DNA of 64,000 bases from Sphyrna mokarran (lineage: Eukaryota): contig JAGIQG010000022.1 in assembly GCA_024679065.1 (NCBI GenBank), positions 39,990,001 through 40,054,000 of the forward strand, read 5' to 3'. The first letter of the stretch is position 1, and every line of letters begins with the position of its first letter. Shown here piece by piece: positions 37,131 through 50,391 of this stretch. A program made the translations under genes and the position numbers. Under the pieces are notes generated by a model. The model had not been told where the DNA came from. It saw only the letters and a program-made list of their open reading frames with translations, and did not search any database.

Positions 37131-38137
37131 AGTTTCTTAAGGCCTGGTTAAGGTGCATTGAGATGCTATATCACTAAAAGCTAAAGCTTCTGTTATTGTT
37201 ATACTCTCAGAAAAAATGAGCAACTTCCTTAGGAGAGGTACAATGTTCAATATTTTATATTTCTCTATTAAGTTCCACCTATTGCAGATTTGCTCATTTA
37301 TATCTAAAGCAGATTTTGTTACCCCTTCAATTATTAACAGCATCCTTTTCCTATGCCTTTTGATACTATCTCCAAGTTGATTAAATTTATGCTGAACACT
37401 AATCAGACAGAATATCGGCTTTAACAATATTGTTGGCTCATTGAATAATATCTGATGTTCGGAACTCTGACTGACTTATTTCAGGGAAATTAAGGAACAT
37501 TTCTTCACAAAACAAGGTGGCAGAAATTTGGAATTCTCTAGGTTGTAGACACTGGAACATATAAAGTTTTCAAGATGGAGATTGATCAATTTTTTTTGGT
37601 TGGGTAAAGGTATCAAGGTGATGGAACAATGATGAGGCTGAGATACAGATCAGCTGTGAACTAATTGAATGGCAGAACAGGGTCAAGGAACCAATCTATT
37701 TCCTGTCTATTGTTCATATATTCATTTGTCTTAGCATGGCTTGAAAAATATATCTAAGATGATATCAAAATGAAAATCAGATAGGCTAAAAGCAGCAGTG
37801 GCAGTGTGAAATAGTATCATCAATCTGGTAAGCCTCACTTCTCTATTTCTAAACAGACTGCTCTATACTTTGACAGCACCTTCCGATTAGCTTAATCAGT
37901 AGCAGTTTAGCTTTATTGAACTCTTTCTGTTGCATCTTAAGCAGCAGGGCTGATCCAGCTTGATTTTAATTACTTCAGTAATTGGTTATCACTATACCAA
38001 TATGTTTAAATTTTAGCATGTTCAGGTCGGGAATGTAAGGGTTGACTCCACAGAATTCTGCAACAATAGTGGATCTAAGCTGTACCTAGGCTGCATATTT
38101 GGGATGTTTCATTATTCTAAATGTACTATATACCATG

Positions 38138-38440
38138 GGGTGGCATGGTGCATAGTGGTTACAGCTGCCTCACAGCGCCTGGGACCTGGGTTTGATTCCT
38201 GGCTTGGGTCACTGTCTGTGCAGAGTTTGTACATTCTCCCCATGTCTGCATGGGTTTCCTCTGGGTGCTCTGGTTTCCTCTCACAATCTGAAATAAATGC
38301 TGGTTAGGTGGATTGACCATGATAAATTCTCCATCAGTGTACCTGAACAAGTGTCAAAATGTGGCGACTAGAGGAGTTTCACAGTACGTTCACTGCAGTG
38401 TTAATGTACGCCTACTTGTGACACTAATAAATAAAGTCTA
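38138..38440 (+). mobile_element. HE1-like SINE, alternative tail, full length
   Basis: Head, V-domain and tail ending aataaataaa. Confidence 0.9.
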
Positions 38441-39139
38441 AGCGCAATTTGTTATATTGCAGTGGATCAAAGTGGTACTTGGGAGAAACATGCTGCTGAA
38501 AAGAATTTGACAAATTTTATCAGGTTAATTCTTCATTTGTCGTAGTGAGAAAATTATTTGACATGTTTGCCTCTTGTCTGCCATTCATCCAGGAATTGTG
38601 GTTACTGTTCCTGTAGGTTGTTAATTGATGAATGCCCCACCTTAAGTGAATCATTGCTGACAGGCAATTGGAGCCAATTATATGTCTTGTTTACAGATAC
38701 AAGAGATGGATATATACAGTAATCTCAATTTTTCAGTAATTTGCTTGTCAGTTCTTGCAAGGCAAGACGGGTAGGGTCACATTCTTCTACTCCATGTAAT
38801 GCAACACCTAATAAAGCTGTTTGGCAAGTGCAGAGTCGATAAGTCTCATCATGATTGTGGTTGTCAGATCCACGCAGTTCTGGCAGTTGAATCTACAGAA
38901 GAGTGGATGAGAAAAGAGCCAAACCCAATCCCAGGTCAAATCAGAAGCACTATAATAATTGCCTCCTCCGTGTTAAAAGGCAAAATGCAAACCTGTTTTC
39001 ATTCCATCATGGGAAAAAAAATATTGCATAAACACACCTGAAACCAAACTTACCAAAGCCTGCTGGGTAGGGCAAGTTTAAATAAACAGATTCATATCCA
39101 TGCATTTCCTTTTCCTCAAATGATTGTTTAAAACTGCTT

Positions 39140-39440
39140 TAAAGTTTATTTATTTATCAATGTCCCAAATAGACTTACATTAACACTGCAATGAAGTTAA
39201 TTCCCTAGTCGCAACAAAATTCTCTAGTCACCACATTCTGGCATCTCTTTGAGTACACTGAGGGAAAATTTAGCATGGCCAATGCACCTAACCAGCAGGA
39301 AACCGGAGCACCCAGAGGAAATCAATGCAGACATGGGGAGAATGTGCAGACTCCACACAGACAGTGACCCAAGCTGGGAATTGAACCTGGTCCCTGGCGC
39401 AGTGAGGTAGCAGCACTAACCGCTCTGCTACCATGCTGCT
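39140..39440 (-). mobile_element. HE1-like SINE, alternative tail
   Basis: Reverse-complement match to 38138-38440. Confidence 0.85.
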
Positions 39441-40384
39441 TTAAATTGCAACCCGAGTTTTCAAATAAGCAAGCCAACTGTTATTTGCCTGTATTTAAAG
39501 ATCATTTTTGTACTGTTGGAAAATAGAAATAGCCCCCAAAAGCATTTTATAGCTAATGAAGTATTTTAGAATTGTCATCACTTGTAGAAAGTAGTAGCTA
39601 AGTTCTCTCATTCCATTCTCATCTCACCTGTCCCCTTCGTCATCCCCTCATTCCACCCCACTCACCTGCATCCCCCTTTGAGATTAAACTAGAATGTGCT
39701 AGTTGATGGAAATAGTTATAGAGAGGAAAAATAAAGTCATTTACACAAATATTCAAAATGTAGCCTTAAAAATAAATGTTTCAAGATTATAAAACATTGG
39801 CAAAATTACTTGTATAAGTATCAGGTATAGCTGAAGTTAATGCCAAAATAGCATTGGAAAAGATAACTGAGCAGGTGGCCTTTCCAAGGTAAAGTTTTAT
39901 AAGTTCCATTAGTGGCCAGAAAAGCCACATGGGTCCTTTGAAAGATTTATCATGGTAGTAAGGATTGAGGAGAAGGATATGGCTGAAATGGAAATATGTT
40001 TTTTATTTGTTTTCACTATTAAAGATGATACAGCCGGAGATATAAATACTTTAAATATTGACTCATTGAATGTAAATACATAAATGGCCTTACCTGGTTT
40101 CAGACACTGAAGATTGAGTAGGATTGCTGACCTGATAACATTTAATTTCGAATGTTGGAGAAAATTGGAGAGGTAAAATGCAAGCCATTAATTTAGCTGA
40201 CGAATATTTCTTTGCGATTTGTACTATTTTGAACTGACTGAAGAAGAGCTTGTAGCATGAATCCTTGCAAACATGTGCCAAGGCCCATTCATTAATATCT
40301 AGATAGGAACACAGGAACAAGAGTAGGCCATTCAGCCCCTTGAGCTTGTTCTGCCATCCTGGCTGATCTGTATCTTATTTCTAT

Positions 40385-41072
40385 GGGGGGGATTTTGTAC
40401 CTGTGTTTGCTGTGAGTACTGTTGGCAACTTGGGCACAAAATCCCAGGAGAGTTGGGGAATGAGAGTCTCACCGGCAAAATTCTGTTTTCCAATTTTCCT
40501 CTCTCCCTTGCTGGTGACTTAACAAGGTTCATGCCCACTACAACCTAGCAGTGCCAACCAGTGCCAGGGCAATGCCAGAGTGAGCCCTTTGGGGAGCCCC
40601 GTTGGCGGTTTCCCCTTACCTGTGGTGATGGGGGAGAGGCTGATGATTATGAAGGGAATAGCAATGGCTGTGACGGGGAGAATGTGTTTGCAATTCTGCT
40701 GCAGTGGGGTGGCGAGGGAGGAAAGTGCCCCCTGGTACTTGGGTGATTATTGATGTTGGGGAGGAAAGAATCTCCGATACCTCCGTGGTGCATGATGGGG
40801 GGGCATCCTGTGCTTGTGGCAGAGGGGTCATCCTTGTCCATGAGGTGGGGTTGGAAGGGTTAAATGCTAGAGCTGATTAGGCACCCTGTAAAAATGGCAT
40901 CTTAATCTCCATCATGCCCTGCTGTGTCAGAGTGATGGCACAAGCCATACACTCAGATAGTCTGTGCACCGTCTGCTAGAAAATCTTGTCTTAAAACCCA
41001 GATGTCCATCTGAGGAGATACACATTTTCAGCCAGAGCCTGACACACTGACAATAAGGTAAAATTCTGCCCT
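40385..41072. repeat. Probable non-autonomous DNA transposon with short TIRs
   Basis: Starts ggggggattttgtac and ends gtaaaattctgccc, an imperfect inverted pair, with internal motifs like those of 55271-56060. Confidence 0.55.
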
Positions 41073-41189
41073 ATTTATACAACTTGGTTCAGTATCTTGT
41101 CACTCAAGCTTCAGAATTAATGTTTTGAATCAGCTGGAATTATATAATGGAACTGTTGCATAATTAATTTCTAGCTCATTTACTTATAA

Positions 41190-41465
41190 TCCTGATAGTG
41201 CAGAAGGAGGCCATTCGGTCCATTGAGTCTGCAATGACCACAATTCTACGCAGGCCCTATTCCTGTAATTCTACACATTTACCCTGCTAATCTTGTGACA
41301 CTAGGACCAATTTAGCATGGCCAATCCACCTAACCAGCACATTGAAACCCACATAGACATGGGGAGAATGTACAAACTCCACACAGATAGTGACCCAAGC
41401 TCTGAACTGAACCCGGGTCTCTGGCTCTGTGAAGCAGCAGTGCTAATCACTATGCCACTGTGCCA
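41190..41465 (-). mobile_element. HE1-like V-SINE
   Basis: Head and CR1-type tail with part of the V-domain deleted. Confidence 0.85.
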
Positions 41466-41629
41466 TACTTTGCCCTAAAGATTAATAATTCAATGACTCA
41501 TGGTTTGAGGTAAAGTGTCAACCGGCACTAATAGTTTTCACTTAAAAAACATCATTTTACTGAAGTTTGGGGACTCAAAATGATGAATACATAGGAAACC
41601 AAGAAAATTGACTACTGAGAAATTATGCA

Positions 41630-42030
41630 AACAGAAATGGAGACATTCAGAGACGGTATTTCAAAATGATGGCTGAAGGCTTGGCCACCAATAGTTTGTG
41701 TATGAGGCCAGAGCTGGAAGAATGTAGAAATTGGGAAAGTTGTAAGTGCCCAGGTGGGTACATAGATAGGGAACGGTGTGACCATGTAAGAATTTGAACA
41801 TAAGGGTGTGCATTTTAAATTTGTGATGCTGCTGGACTGGGAGCCATGTAGATCAGCAAGCACAAAGATGACAGCTCAATGGGACTTCTTGTGAGTTCAG
41901 ATATGACCTGACTGTTAGAGCATGGAAGATGGGGGATCATTCAAATCATTTGGTCTGGAGGTAATAAAGGCAAGAATAAGGATTTTAGCAGCAATTGGGT
42001 TAAAGAGAGGCGGAAATGGATGATTTGACT
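41630..42030 (-). mobile_element. L2 LINE 3' fragment
   Basis: LHGSQ...FK...GGQAFS resembles the L2 C-terminal pattern LHWLP...GGRAFS. Confidence 0.6.
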
Positions 42031-42039
42031 TTCCCTAAT

Positions 42040-42826
42040 TTTTACAGAGTGCCATAGAAAACATTCTTTCTGGTTGTATCACAGCTTGGTATGGTTCCTG
42101 CTCTGCCCGACACTGCAAGAAGCTACAAAGGATCATGAGCATAGCCCAGTCCATCATGCAAACCAGTCTCCCATCCATTGTCTCTGTCTACACTTCCAGC
42201 TGCCTCAGCCAACGTCATTAAAGATCCCCATGTACCACGGACATACTTTCTTCCACTTTCTTCCATCGGGAATAAGATATAAAAGTCTGAGGTCACCCAC
42301 TAACCGATTTTTGAATAGACGTATCTTGCACAAAATTGACCTTTCTCTACACACTAACTATGATTGTAACGCTACACTCTGTACACTCTCCTTTCCTCCT
42401 CTATGAATGGAATGCTTTGCCTGTATAGCGCACAAGAAACAATACCAATTTCGGCAGCACAATGGTGCAGTGGTTAGCACTGCTGCCTCACAGCACCAGT
42501 GACCCAAGTTTAGTTCTGGCCTCGGATCACTGTGTGGAGTTTTCACTTTCTGCCCCTGTCTGCACGGGTTTCCACAGGATGCTCAGTTTTCCTCCCGCCA
42601 AGATGTGCAGGTTAGGTTAATTGGCCATACTAAATTGATTTTACTGTGAGGGAGATTAGCAGGAAAAATATGTGGGGTTATGGGGATAGGGATATGGGAG
42701 GGATGGTCGGTGCAGACTCAATGGGCTGAATGGCCTCCTTCTGTACTGTGGGGATTCTATGATTCTACGCATAACTTCACTGTATACTAACACATTTGCC
42801 TATAATAAATCAAATCAAGTCAAATC
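42040..42826 (+). mobile_element. Rex1/Babar 3' end split by an HE1 SINE (42452-42768)
   Basis: SGCITAWYGSC and LPSGIRYKSL with an (aaatc)n tail. A full SINE head, V-domain and tail lie inside. Confidence 0.85.
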
Positions 42827-43621
42827 AGTCCTGCAGATTTGGGAGGGTATGCAGTCAGAGACAGAACTGCTAGGACAGGAGGCATCTTCGGAAGCTACCA
42901 AGGGACTTTAAAGCCATTTAGGCTGTAAGGTATGGAACTAAAATTTCCGATTATTAAATTAAACTAGTCAGAATAAAGGAAAACAAATAAGGTACTGGTA
43001 AACGTGCTCCTGAAAGGCAGATAGTTCAACCATTTACTTTCATTTTCATGGGTTATTTCTCTCAGGAAGAAATAAAACAAATGATTTCACATCTCTGGAA
43101 CCAGAAAACAAAATATCTGAAGAGTTTGGTGTCTGTTGTTGCCTTTGAGAAATCTTATTGTTTTCATTAATGAGCTATAAAGGGACAGAGTAACGACAGG
43201 GATGGGCCACAATGGGACATTAGGTTGTTACTTGCCCAATGGTGTTGTTTACATTGTGCCCACCAGCAGGTGTAGGAAGTGGGTCCCACCCTCCATTGTT
43301 GGGAGGGGTAGGATTGCAGTCCATTCCCACGTTTAGTCAGCCTGGCTGTTACTATGGGAATGTGAAGCACATCATCAACTCATTGTTTAGGGGCTATTAG
43401 TAGCACAGAGAATCAGGTCCAGCAATGCCAGTTTTGCAAACTCTTGTGATCTTTTCATGGTAATTGATCTGCTGGGAGAGAATGATATTAAAATAGGTTT
43501 AGTATATTGATGGAATTATTGTTTTGTTCTTTAGAAGCAGATGTTTTGTGATGTGTTTTCGTGAAACGCAAACTTGGTTTTCCCCAACAAGAATTTGGAC
43601 GTATTTAACATTTCTTTATTT

Positions 43622-43925
43622 GGGCAGCACGGTGTCACACTGCTTAGCACTGCTGCCTTATCGCACCAGAGACCTGGGTTCGATTCCCAACTTTTCTGTG
43701 TGGAGTTTGCATGTTCTCCCTGTGTCTGCGTGTGTTTCCTCCAGGTGCTCCGGTTTCTTCCTACATTTCAAAGATGCATTGGCCATGTTAAATTGCCCCT
43801 TAGTGTCAGAGAGACTAGCTAGGGTAAATGCATGGGGTTATGGGGATGGGTCCTGGGTGGGATTGGGGCATAGATTCGATTGGCTGAATGGCTTCCTTCT
43901 GCATTGTAGGATTCTATGATTCTTA
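43622..43925 (+). mobile_element. HE1-like V-SINE
   Basis: gggcagcacggtg head, V-domain and gattctatgattct tail. Confidence 0.9.
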
Positions 43926-44446
43926 GATCCATAAGAAGTAAAATATGCTAAGGCTTTTCAATGAAACATTATGAAAAACATTTGATTGAAAAAGACAACC
44001 CTTTACACATGCTGACCTGCTTCATGTTCCCAGAACTTTCTTCTCTTATTTCATATGTCTAGGGGATTTTTTTCCCCTATGTGATGATATATAACACACC
44101 GACAGTGTTCCTTGGTGCTGCATTCTTTCCATTTTTATCCTGGGTAGATTTAGAGCCAGCTGCTCACAGGCTGAACTTACACTTGAGCAATTACTCAAAA
44201 AGAATCACTGAGGCAATTTTACACCATCTCTCTGCATTCAAACACTGCACCTCCTCAATCAGTAAAAAGCTTAGTCTGTGCCAATCTCATCAAAACCGAA
44301 CAAGGGTACTCAGGGAAAGTCCACCAATGGCTGAAACAGATTGCTGAGCTGTGAGAGTTGTTGATTTCAGTACCCACCAACTGTGGTATGGGGATAGGTT
44401 GTAGATGGGCAGAAAGGCAGAGAGCTAACCACTCTTCTCTTTATAA

Positions 44447-44745
44447 GCCAACAGTGGCACAGTGGTTAGCACTGCTGCCTCACAGTACCAGGGACATAGT
44501 TTTGATTCCTGCCTTAGGTCGCTAACTGTGTGGACTCTGCACGTTTGCCCAATGTCTGCGTGGATTTCCTCTGGGTGTCTGATTTCCTCCCACATTCTGA
44601 AAGACATGCTGGTGCATTGGCCATGCTAAATTCTTCCTCAGTGTACCCGAACAGGCACCGGAGTGTGGCGATTAGGAACTTCATTGCAGTGTTAATGTAA
44701 GCCTACTTGTGACACTCATAAATAAATGTTAAATTAAAACTTTAA
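44447..44745 (+). mobile_element. HE1-like SINE, alternative tail
   Basis: Matches 38138-38440. Confidence 0.85.
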
Positions 44746-46439
44746 AGAGCCAGCTCAGAGCAGGTGATGACAGTGCGGTCATACTCTATGACCCTCTGGA
44801 GAAGGTTTAGCGGAACACTGTGTAGTGGCCTGCAAATAAACAAAATCCAGCTCATTACCTCCTTGACACTAACATTGCCCCATATGGAGACTTTTCCTGG
44901 ACCTACAGATGGAATATACAAAATCAGCAAGGACAGTTACCTCCTGCTGAGATATGGAATGAGATTGAGGCTGCATTTATTGAACTGATGGTTTCCTGGA
45001 TTCATATGGTGAAGGTGGCAATTATGGATAAAGACTATCAAGGAATTAAATGGATCCAAAAAACACCTCCCAATTATAACAGTGTTTCTGTAATATTGCC
45101 ATGCTTTGAAGAACATGAGGATATCAGCTTCCCATCACCATCACTGAATGATAATGGACGCATCCCTGGCCTAAACAGCACTCACCACATGCCGGCCTGC
45201 ATGCACATCACTCTATTTCCCTCAGCTGAGAGACCCCTCTTCTCACACTGGGAGCTGGACACCTCACAACAATGCAAGAGAACAATGACACCTAGACACA
45301 AACAGGGTGGAGTCCCTCTTCTGAGAAAACTGTATCAAGTTTCTTGAAGCTAAGTGGGTATTAGCTGCTTTTTGTCAAACTGTGATGCTGGCTGAAGGAA
45401 TTGAACACCTGGCATGCAGCTTGGGCCTCATAGCGAGCTGTCTTATCATCAGAACACAGGGTTCATGGCCTGAAATTTGTGGAATGCGGGGACAGCTCCG
45501 TCAACTTTGACAGGATTGCTGATATTTTATTCTCAAATGAGCTTTAATTGACAGAAGGAAGTCCGACCTTGGAGAGCTGTCAGCCAATAAGGCAGTGAGG
45601 TCCAGAGATGTATGGTCCATAAAGGTGCCCACCCACATTCCCTCCCAGGATTGAAACTAGTGAATGTTTCTGTTCCTCACCCTCAATTATTACTGTTTGC
45701 CAGCCTGAAGATTGAGAGAAAAGACCTTTAAATACTCATTTAGTGGTCACTTGAGGGCCTTAATTGGAGGCAAGGGCAGGCTTCGTATCCAATATCCTGC
45801 CTGCTCCACCGTAAATTCCCACCTGGATTAGGGCTGGCAGAATTCTGGAGGGAACCTTGTCCATCTACACAAGTTCATGTTTCGCCACCATCGCCTCACC
45901 ACCCTCCCAGCCCCTCTCCCCTCCCCAACCCTCACCTACTCACCGCTCAAAGCCCACTGGGGTGGAATATAAAATTCAGGCCCGTGATATTCCTGGGTGC
46001 AATGTGGGATATTCACTTGCATTCCAATATTGCTGTTTCCCATCTGGAGTGAAGCCCCACACATTCCAGTGTCAATGTTGGATGCCATGGCCAATGTTAT
46101 GACTGAGCCTTGATCAACAGTTTGCCCTGCCTCTCCATGCCTCTTCCTCCCTTTAAGGGATTCCATAAAACCTGTTTCTGGGAGCCAGACATCACTGTTA
46201 CCTTTTTGTGATGTGGTGTGAAATTTTATCTTCCAATGCTCATTCAGCACTTAGGGATTTTTTGGTTAGATCGCCTCTAATGAAATTATTTCACTTTGAT
46301 TCTACACTCATATTCACTAAGACCACATATTTTCACCTCTGTAACATTGCTTCATTTCAATCCTGCCTAACTCATTATTTAAACTGCTGCAGAATATAGA
46401 CTATATTCTTGTACTTTGGGCATCATTTTGTCTTTCCAC

Positions 46440-46690
46440 AAGAACGTGCCTGATTCCAGCAGACACGACCAAAATCAGTGGCAAGGTAAAGCAGGCCTGA
46501 GCCCTGGTGCTAACGCTGTTTAGCATATTGTTTTCCATGCTGTTTATTGTATGTTTTCAGTGATTCAAGTGAGTGTTTCTTCCTGCATGTCAGAGTTGAC
46601 AGCAAACTGTTCAACTTGGCAAGATTGCACAAAGGGCATAAATTCCCAATTTGTGTCTTCCTGTTTGCTGATGATATCATGCTATCTTCA
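46440..46690 (+). mobile_element. RTE (BovB-like) LINE RT fragment
   Basis: VKQA...TLFSILFSML and DSKLFNLARLH...FLFADD. Confidence 0.7.
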
Positions 46691-47990
46691 CTCGTATTCA
46701 CTCCATATCTGGCTGGGGTCGATACCCCTCCTCCTTCTGTAGTTGATCTCCCCACTGCTGTGCAGTGTTGTACAGATGCAGCTGACTGTATGAGGCCCAC
46801 ATAGGATCGTACTGTCGGGCACTTCCCAAGCAGTCCAGACAACAGACTGCATCTTCAACAGGCTTCTACAACAATGGACCAAGTGGCAGCACAAGCCTCA
46901 TTGTAGCTGTCCTCAGCCTCGGTCTCAGGCCTCCACACTGGCATCATCAGGCAGGGCCTCAGCAGGTAGCCCTCGTCTCCCAGGAGCCATCCCAGGAGCC
47001 TGGGTTGGTCTCCAAAGAGCAGGAATGTCTGACTGCTTCAGCACAAAACTGTCAAGAAACTGTCATGGGTGGCATGCACAGACCTGCATGATGATCACAT
47101 AAGATTTGTATACTGAGGGAGTGGAATCCCTTCCTGTTGATGATTGGTTGCCCCTCACCTAGTGGGGACCACAGAGCAATATGTGTCCCATCCTCTTCTC
47201 CCTGCACATGTGGCATCCCAGCAATGGCAGTGAAGTCTGCAGTCTTGGCCTCCTGCTGACCCTGTCCAACATCAAAGTGGATGAATCAGCCGGCCCAGAT
47301 GTACATGGCATCTGTCACCTGACTAATACATTCTACAAATGTCCCAACTGGGTGCCTGGTGTAGAAGTTGAGTGCTGTCTCACCTTAACTTCTATAAGAA
47401 TGTATGGCCATTCCTCCCCTGAGGTGCCAGATCTGTGAGGATCTCATAACAGGTGCCGCATCATATCATTAGTTAGGGGGAGTTCACAACGTTACATGGC
47501 TTCCAATAGGCCCTCAAATGACCCCCTGTTCCTATATTGCCTAGGACCCTACATCCTCCTTCTCCTGGCCCCCGCTCTTTGGGAGACTGCTGTCCCACCT
47601 CATAGGAAACACCAGCAGACCTCTGCCGTCCTCCCTCTGCCACTGGCTGCTCCAGAATGGCCTCCCCTACGCCTTCCACCTCCAGAGCTGACTGCTCCTT
47701 TGTGGCCACCATGATGGCCAGCTCCACACCAATAATTCCAAAATCCATTCTGTACAGTTGGGGTTAGAGAGAGTGATTGATATATACATATCATTGCTTG
47801 TAACTATCCCAGCAACCACCTCCATCCCTAAAACCTCAGCACTCAGTGCAGTTTCTCACCACACCCCACAGTCAGAACAATGGAACAGCCCAGTGGTTGC
47901 AGACAACAGTCTGTCCAGCAGTCAGAAAAGGAGTCCATCCCAACCCACAGACACTCTATGGAACATCTCTGAGCCTGGGGACAGCATGTG
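46690..47990 (-). mobile_element. Second Harbinger (HARBI1-like) transposase relic
   Basis: [14 protein letters not shown] and GWLLGDEGYLLRPCLMMPV...EDSYNEA. Collinear with 7290-8110. Confidence 0.85.
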
Positions 47991-48004
47991 TTACTGTGCC
48001 GCCC

Positions 48005-48170
48005 AAGTAGATCTTTCTCTTCCCCCAACTATATTTGTAACACTGCGTTCCGTATTCTGTCCTTTCCTTCGCTACGTACGGTATGCTTTGTCTGTATAGC
48101 GCACAAGAAACAATACTTTTCGCTACATGCTAATACATGTGGCAATAATAAATCAAATCAAATCAAATCA
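48005..48170 (+). mobile_element. Rex1/Babar 3' tail
   Basis: tgtatagcgcacaagaaacaatactttt followed by (aaatc)4. Confidence 0.8.
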
Positions 48171-48389
48171 TCAGCTGCAATACCTATGAAGTCATGCCCA
48201 TCAAGCAGTGCCTTCCCCTCTTTGTCCTCTGAGTTTCTTTGTGCAAGTGTGGAAGGATTGTTTGAAGATCTGTGCCATCTTTAATACAGGCCTCAGTTGT
48301 TGCTGGCCCTGAGGTCACAGGCACTCTAACTACACGGGTGTAGGAAGTTCATCATCACCAAACATAGCCATCCTAATAAACTGACAGAA

Positions 48390-48565
48390 AGGAAAGAAAG
48401 ATGTACATTTATATTGTACCTTTGACAATATCAGTGCATACCAATGTGTTTAACTGCTAATTACTTACCTTTTGAAGTGTGGTCGCTATTAAAATGTCAG
48501 AAATGCAGCAGCTAATTTGCACAGGTCTCACAAACAGTAACATGACCAAATGATACATTTTTGGA
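48390..48565 (-). mobile_element. Deu-SINE 3' fragment
   Basis: Reverse-complement similarity to the tail of 34050-34495. Confidence 0.55.
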
Positions 48566-49589
48566 TTCAACCACAAACCAAGACTGAATTCAATCCCAGT
48601 GACCCATATTTGCTTTATATCCTTTAACACTCTTAGCTGATATGATTTATCTTTCCTTGTTAGTTCAGGGATTAATATTGGTTATCTGAGACTGTAAAGG
48701 AACTAGTAATAATATTCATTCATGTAACATTTTGAATTTCTTTCATACTTAAAAAAGAATCAATAAGATGGATGTTAGTGCGAGTTGTCTGTGTGTACAA
48801 TAGACATCATCTCCCAAGCATGTTAACAGCTGTTGCTTTGAATAGCTAATCCCTGGAGACTGCCAATGCCACTGTACAAGCAGCTTTTTACTCAACTTGC
48901 CATTATCTTAATGATTACTGAGGATAAAATGTTCAAGTAATGGACACCAGTTAGAAACCATCCAGCTTGGAATATTGAGGGGTGTTGTTGCTACTGACAA
49001 CAACATTTATTTTTAAACTGTACAGCTGTAATTCTGTGGGGCAGTGAAATTGGGGCTGTACTCCATCCCTGAGAACCTGAGTGCTCTGGTTTATGCAAGG
49101 CTGGCACTTCCTTCTTTCTCATTGGGCATGGGGGGAATTTGATCAGCAGCAGCCTTGGCTGGTGCAGAATGAAGGGAATGGAAAAGAGATCTACTGCCTG
49201 CCCTTAAAAGGAGAATTTCTACTGTGATGTGGAGGGAGTGGGGAGGAGGTGGGCAGCTGTGGGGGTGGGAGGTAGTCAGGGGGCGAGAGTAGGTGGGGAG
49301 TCTGGTGAGTAGTTGTGGGACCTTGGAATAGTCAGACAGTACTGTGGAGTGGTTATGGTGTTTGGGGGGGTGGGGGTGATGGTCAGTATTAAAGCTACCC
49401 AGTAGTTCAAAGATGGTTTAATTTTTTTAACCTTTCCTAGGTAACCCTGGAGAAGAGTCAGAAGTATCCAAGGAAGCTTGAGATTGCTGGGGGCAGAGAA
49501 CCTTGAGAAATGAGTCACTAAACATTAGTAATAAGGGAGTAAGCTGAATGGAGAATCTTTTATAAAATTCAGCAGGAAAGCCATCAGGG

Positions 49590-49890
49590 TCTGAACCTCG
49601 CCAATTTGCAGGCTATCTCGTCCAGATGCAAAAGATTGTGCAAGTCTGCACACAAGTTTTTATCCATGGATGGGATGTCCAAATTATTTAGGAAGTCATG
49701 TTCCTATCTGAGGGACTTCCAATTCATAAAGATTACAGTAAAAAGAAGCAAAGATCGAATTTATATCAGAGCGGTCAGTAGTAAGATTATGGGAGGAGTA
49801 ATAGACTTGGGAGATAAGCTGAGAAGCAGATTGGCACCTGAGGTGATGGGTCAGAAGGCAGCCATTTTCATAAAACTTCCCCCTCAACTG
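49590..49890 (-). mobile_element. L1 LINE ORF2 fragment
   Basis: RGKFYENGCLLTHHLR...DINSIFASFYCNLY resembles the region of vertebrate L1 ORF2 between endonuclease and RT. Confidence 0.7.
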
Positions 49891-49894
49891 ATTA

Positions 49895-50391
49895 TTCAAA
49901 ATGCAGCTGGGCAGAGGGATCTGGGTGTCTGTGTTCATGAATCATAGAAAGTTGGCAACCAGGTGCAGCACGTAATAAACATGGCAAATCAGATATTGGC
50001 ACTTATTGCAAACAGACCAGAGTATAAGAGTAGTGTTGTTGCAATTGTATAAGGTGTTGGTGAGACTATACCTGTTTCCAGTTTTGATCTCCTTATTTGA
50101 AGAAGGATGTGATGGTATTGGGGGCAGTTCAGAATTCACCTGATTGATTCTGGGATGAAAGGGTTGACGTATGAGGAGAGATTAAATAGTTTAGGCTTGT
50201 ACTCGCTGAAGTTTAGAAGGATGAGATGGGATGGAATGTTAATAGAGATTGATAAAGTAAATCTAGACAAAATGTTTCCTCTGAAGAGACAATCTAAAAC
50301 AAGAGGTCGTGGTTATAGGTTGAGAGGTGGTAGATTTAATATGGCGATGAGGAGGACCTACTTCTCCCAGAGGGTGGTGAATGTGTCTGAA
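49895..50391 (+). mobile_element. Old CR1 3' fragment, continuing at 52772-52860 after a nested insertion
   Basis: QRDLGVCVHES and YEERLNSLGLYSL...YFSQRVVNV. The remainder (ESLNGFK...) follows position 52772. Confidence 0.85.

Noticed and set aside
43066-43127. Candidate exon after a polypyrimidine tract and cag
   Set aside because: Weak donor (gtgtct) and unrecognised peptide; it needs RNA-seq support.
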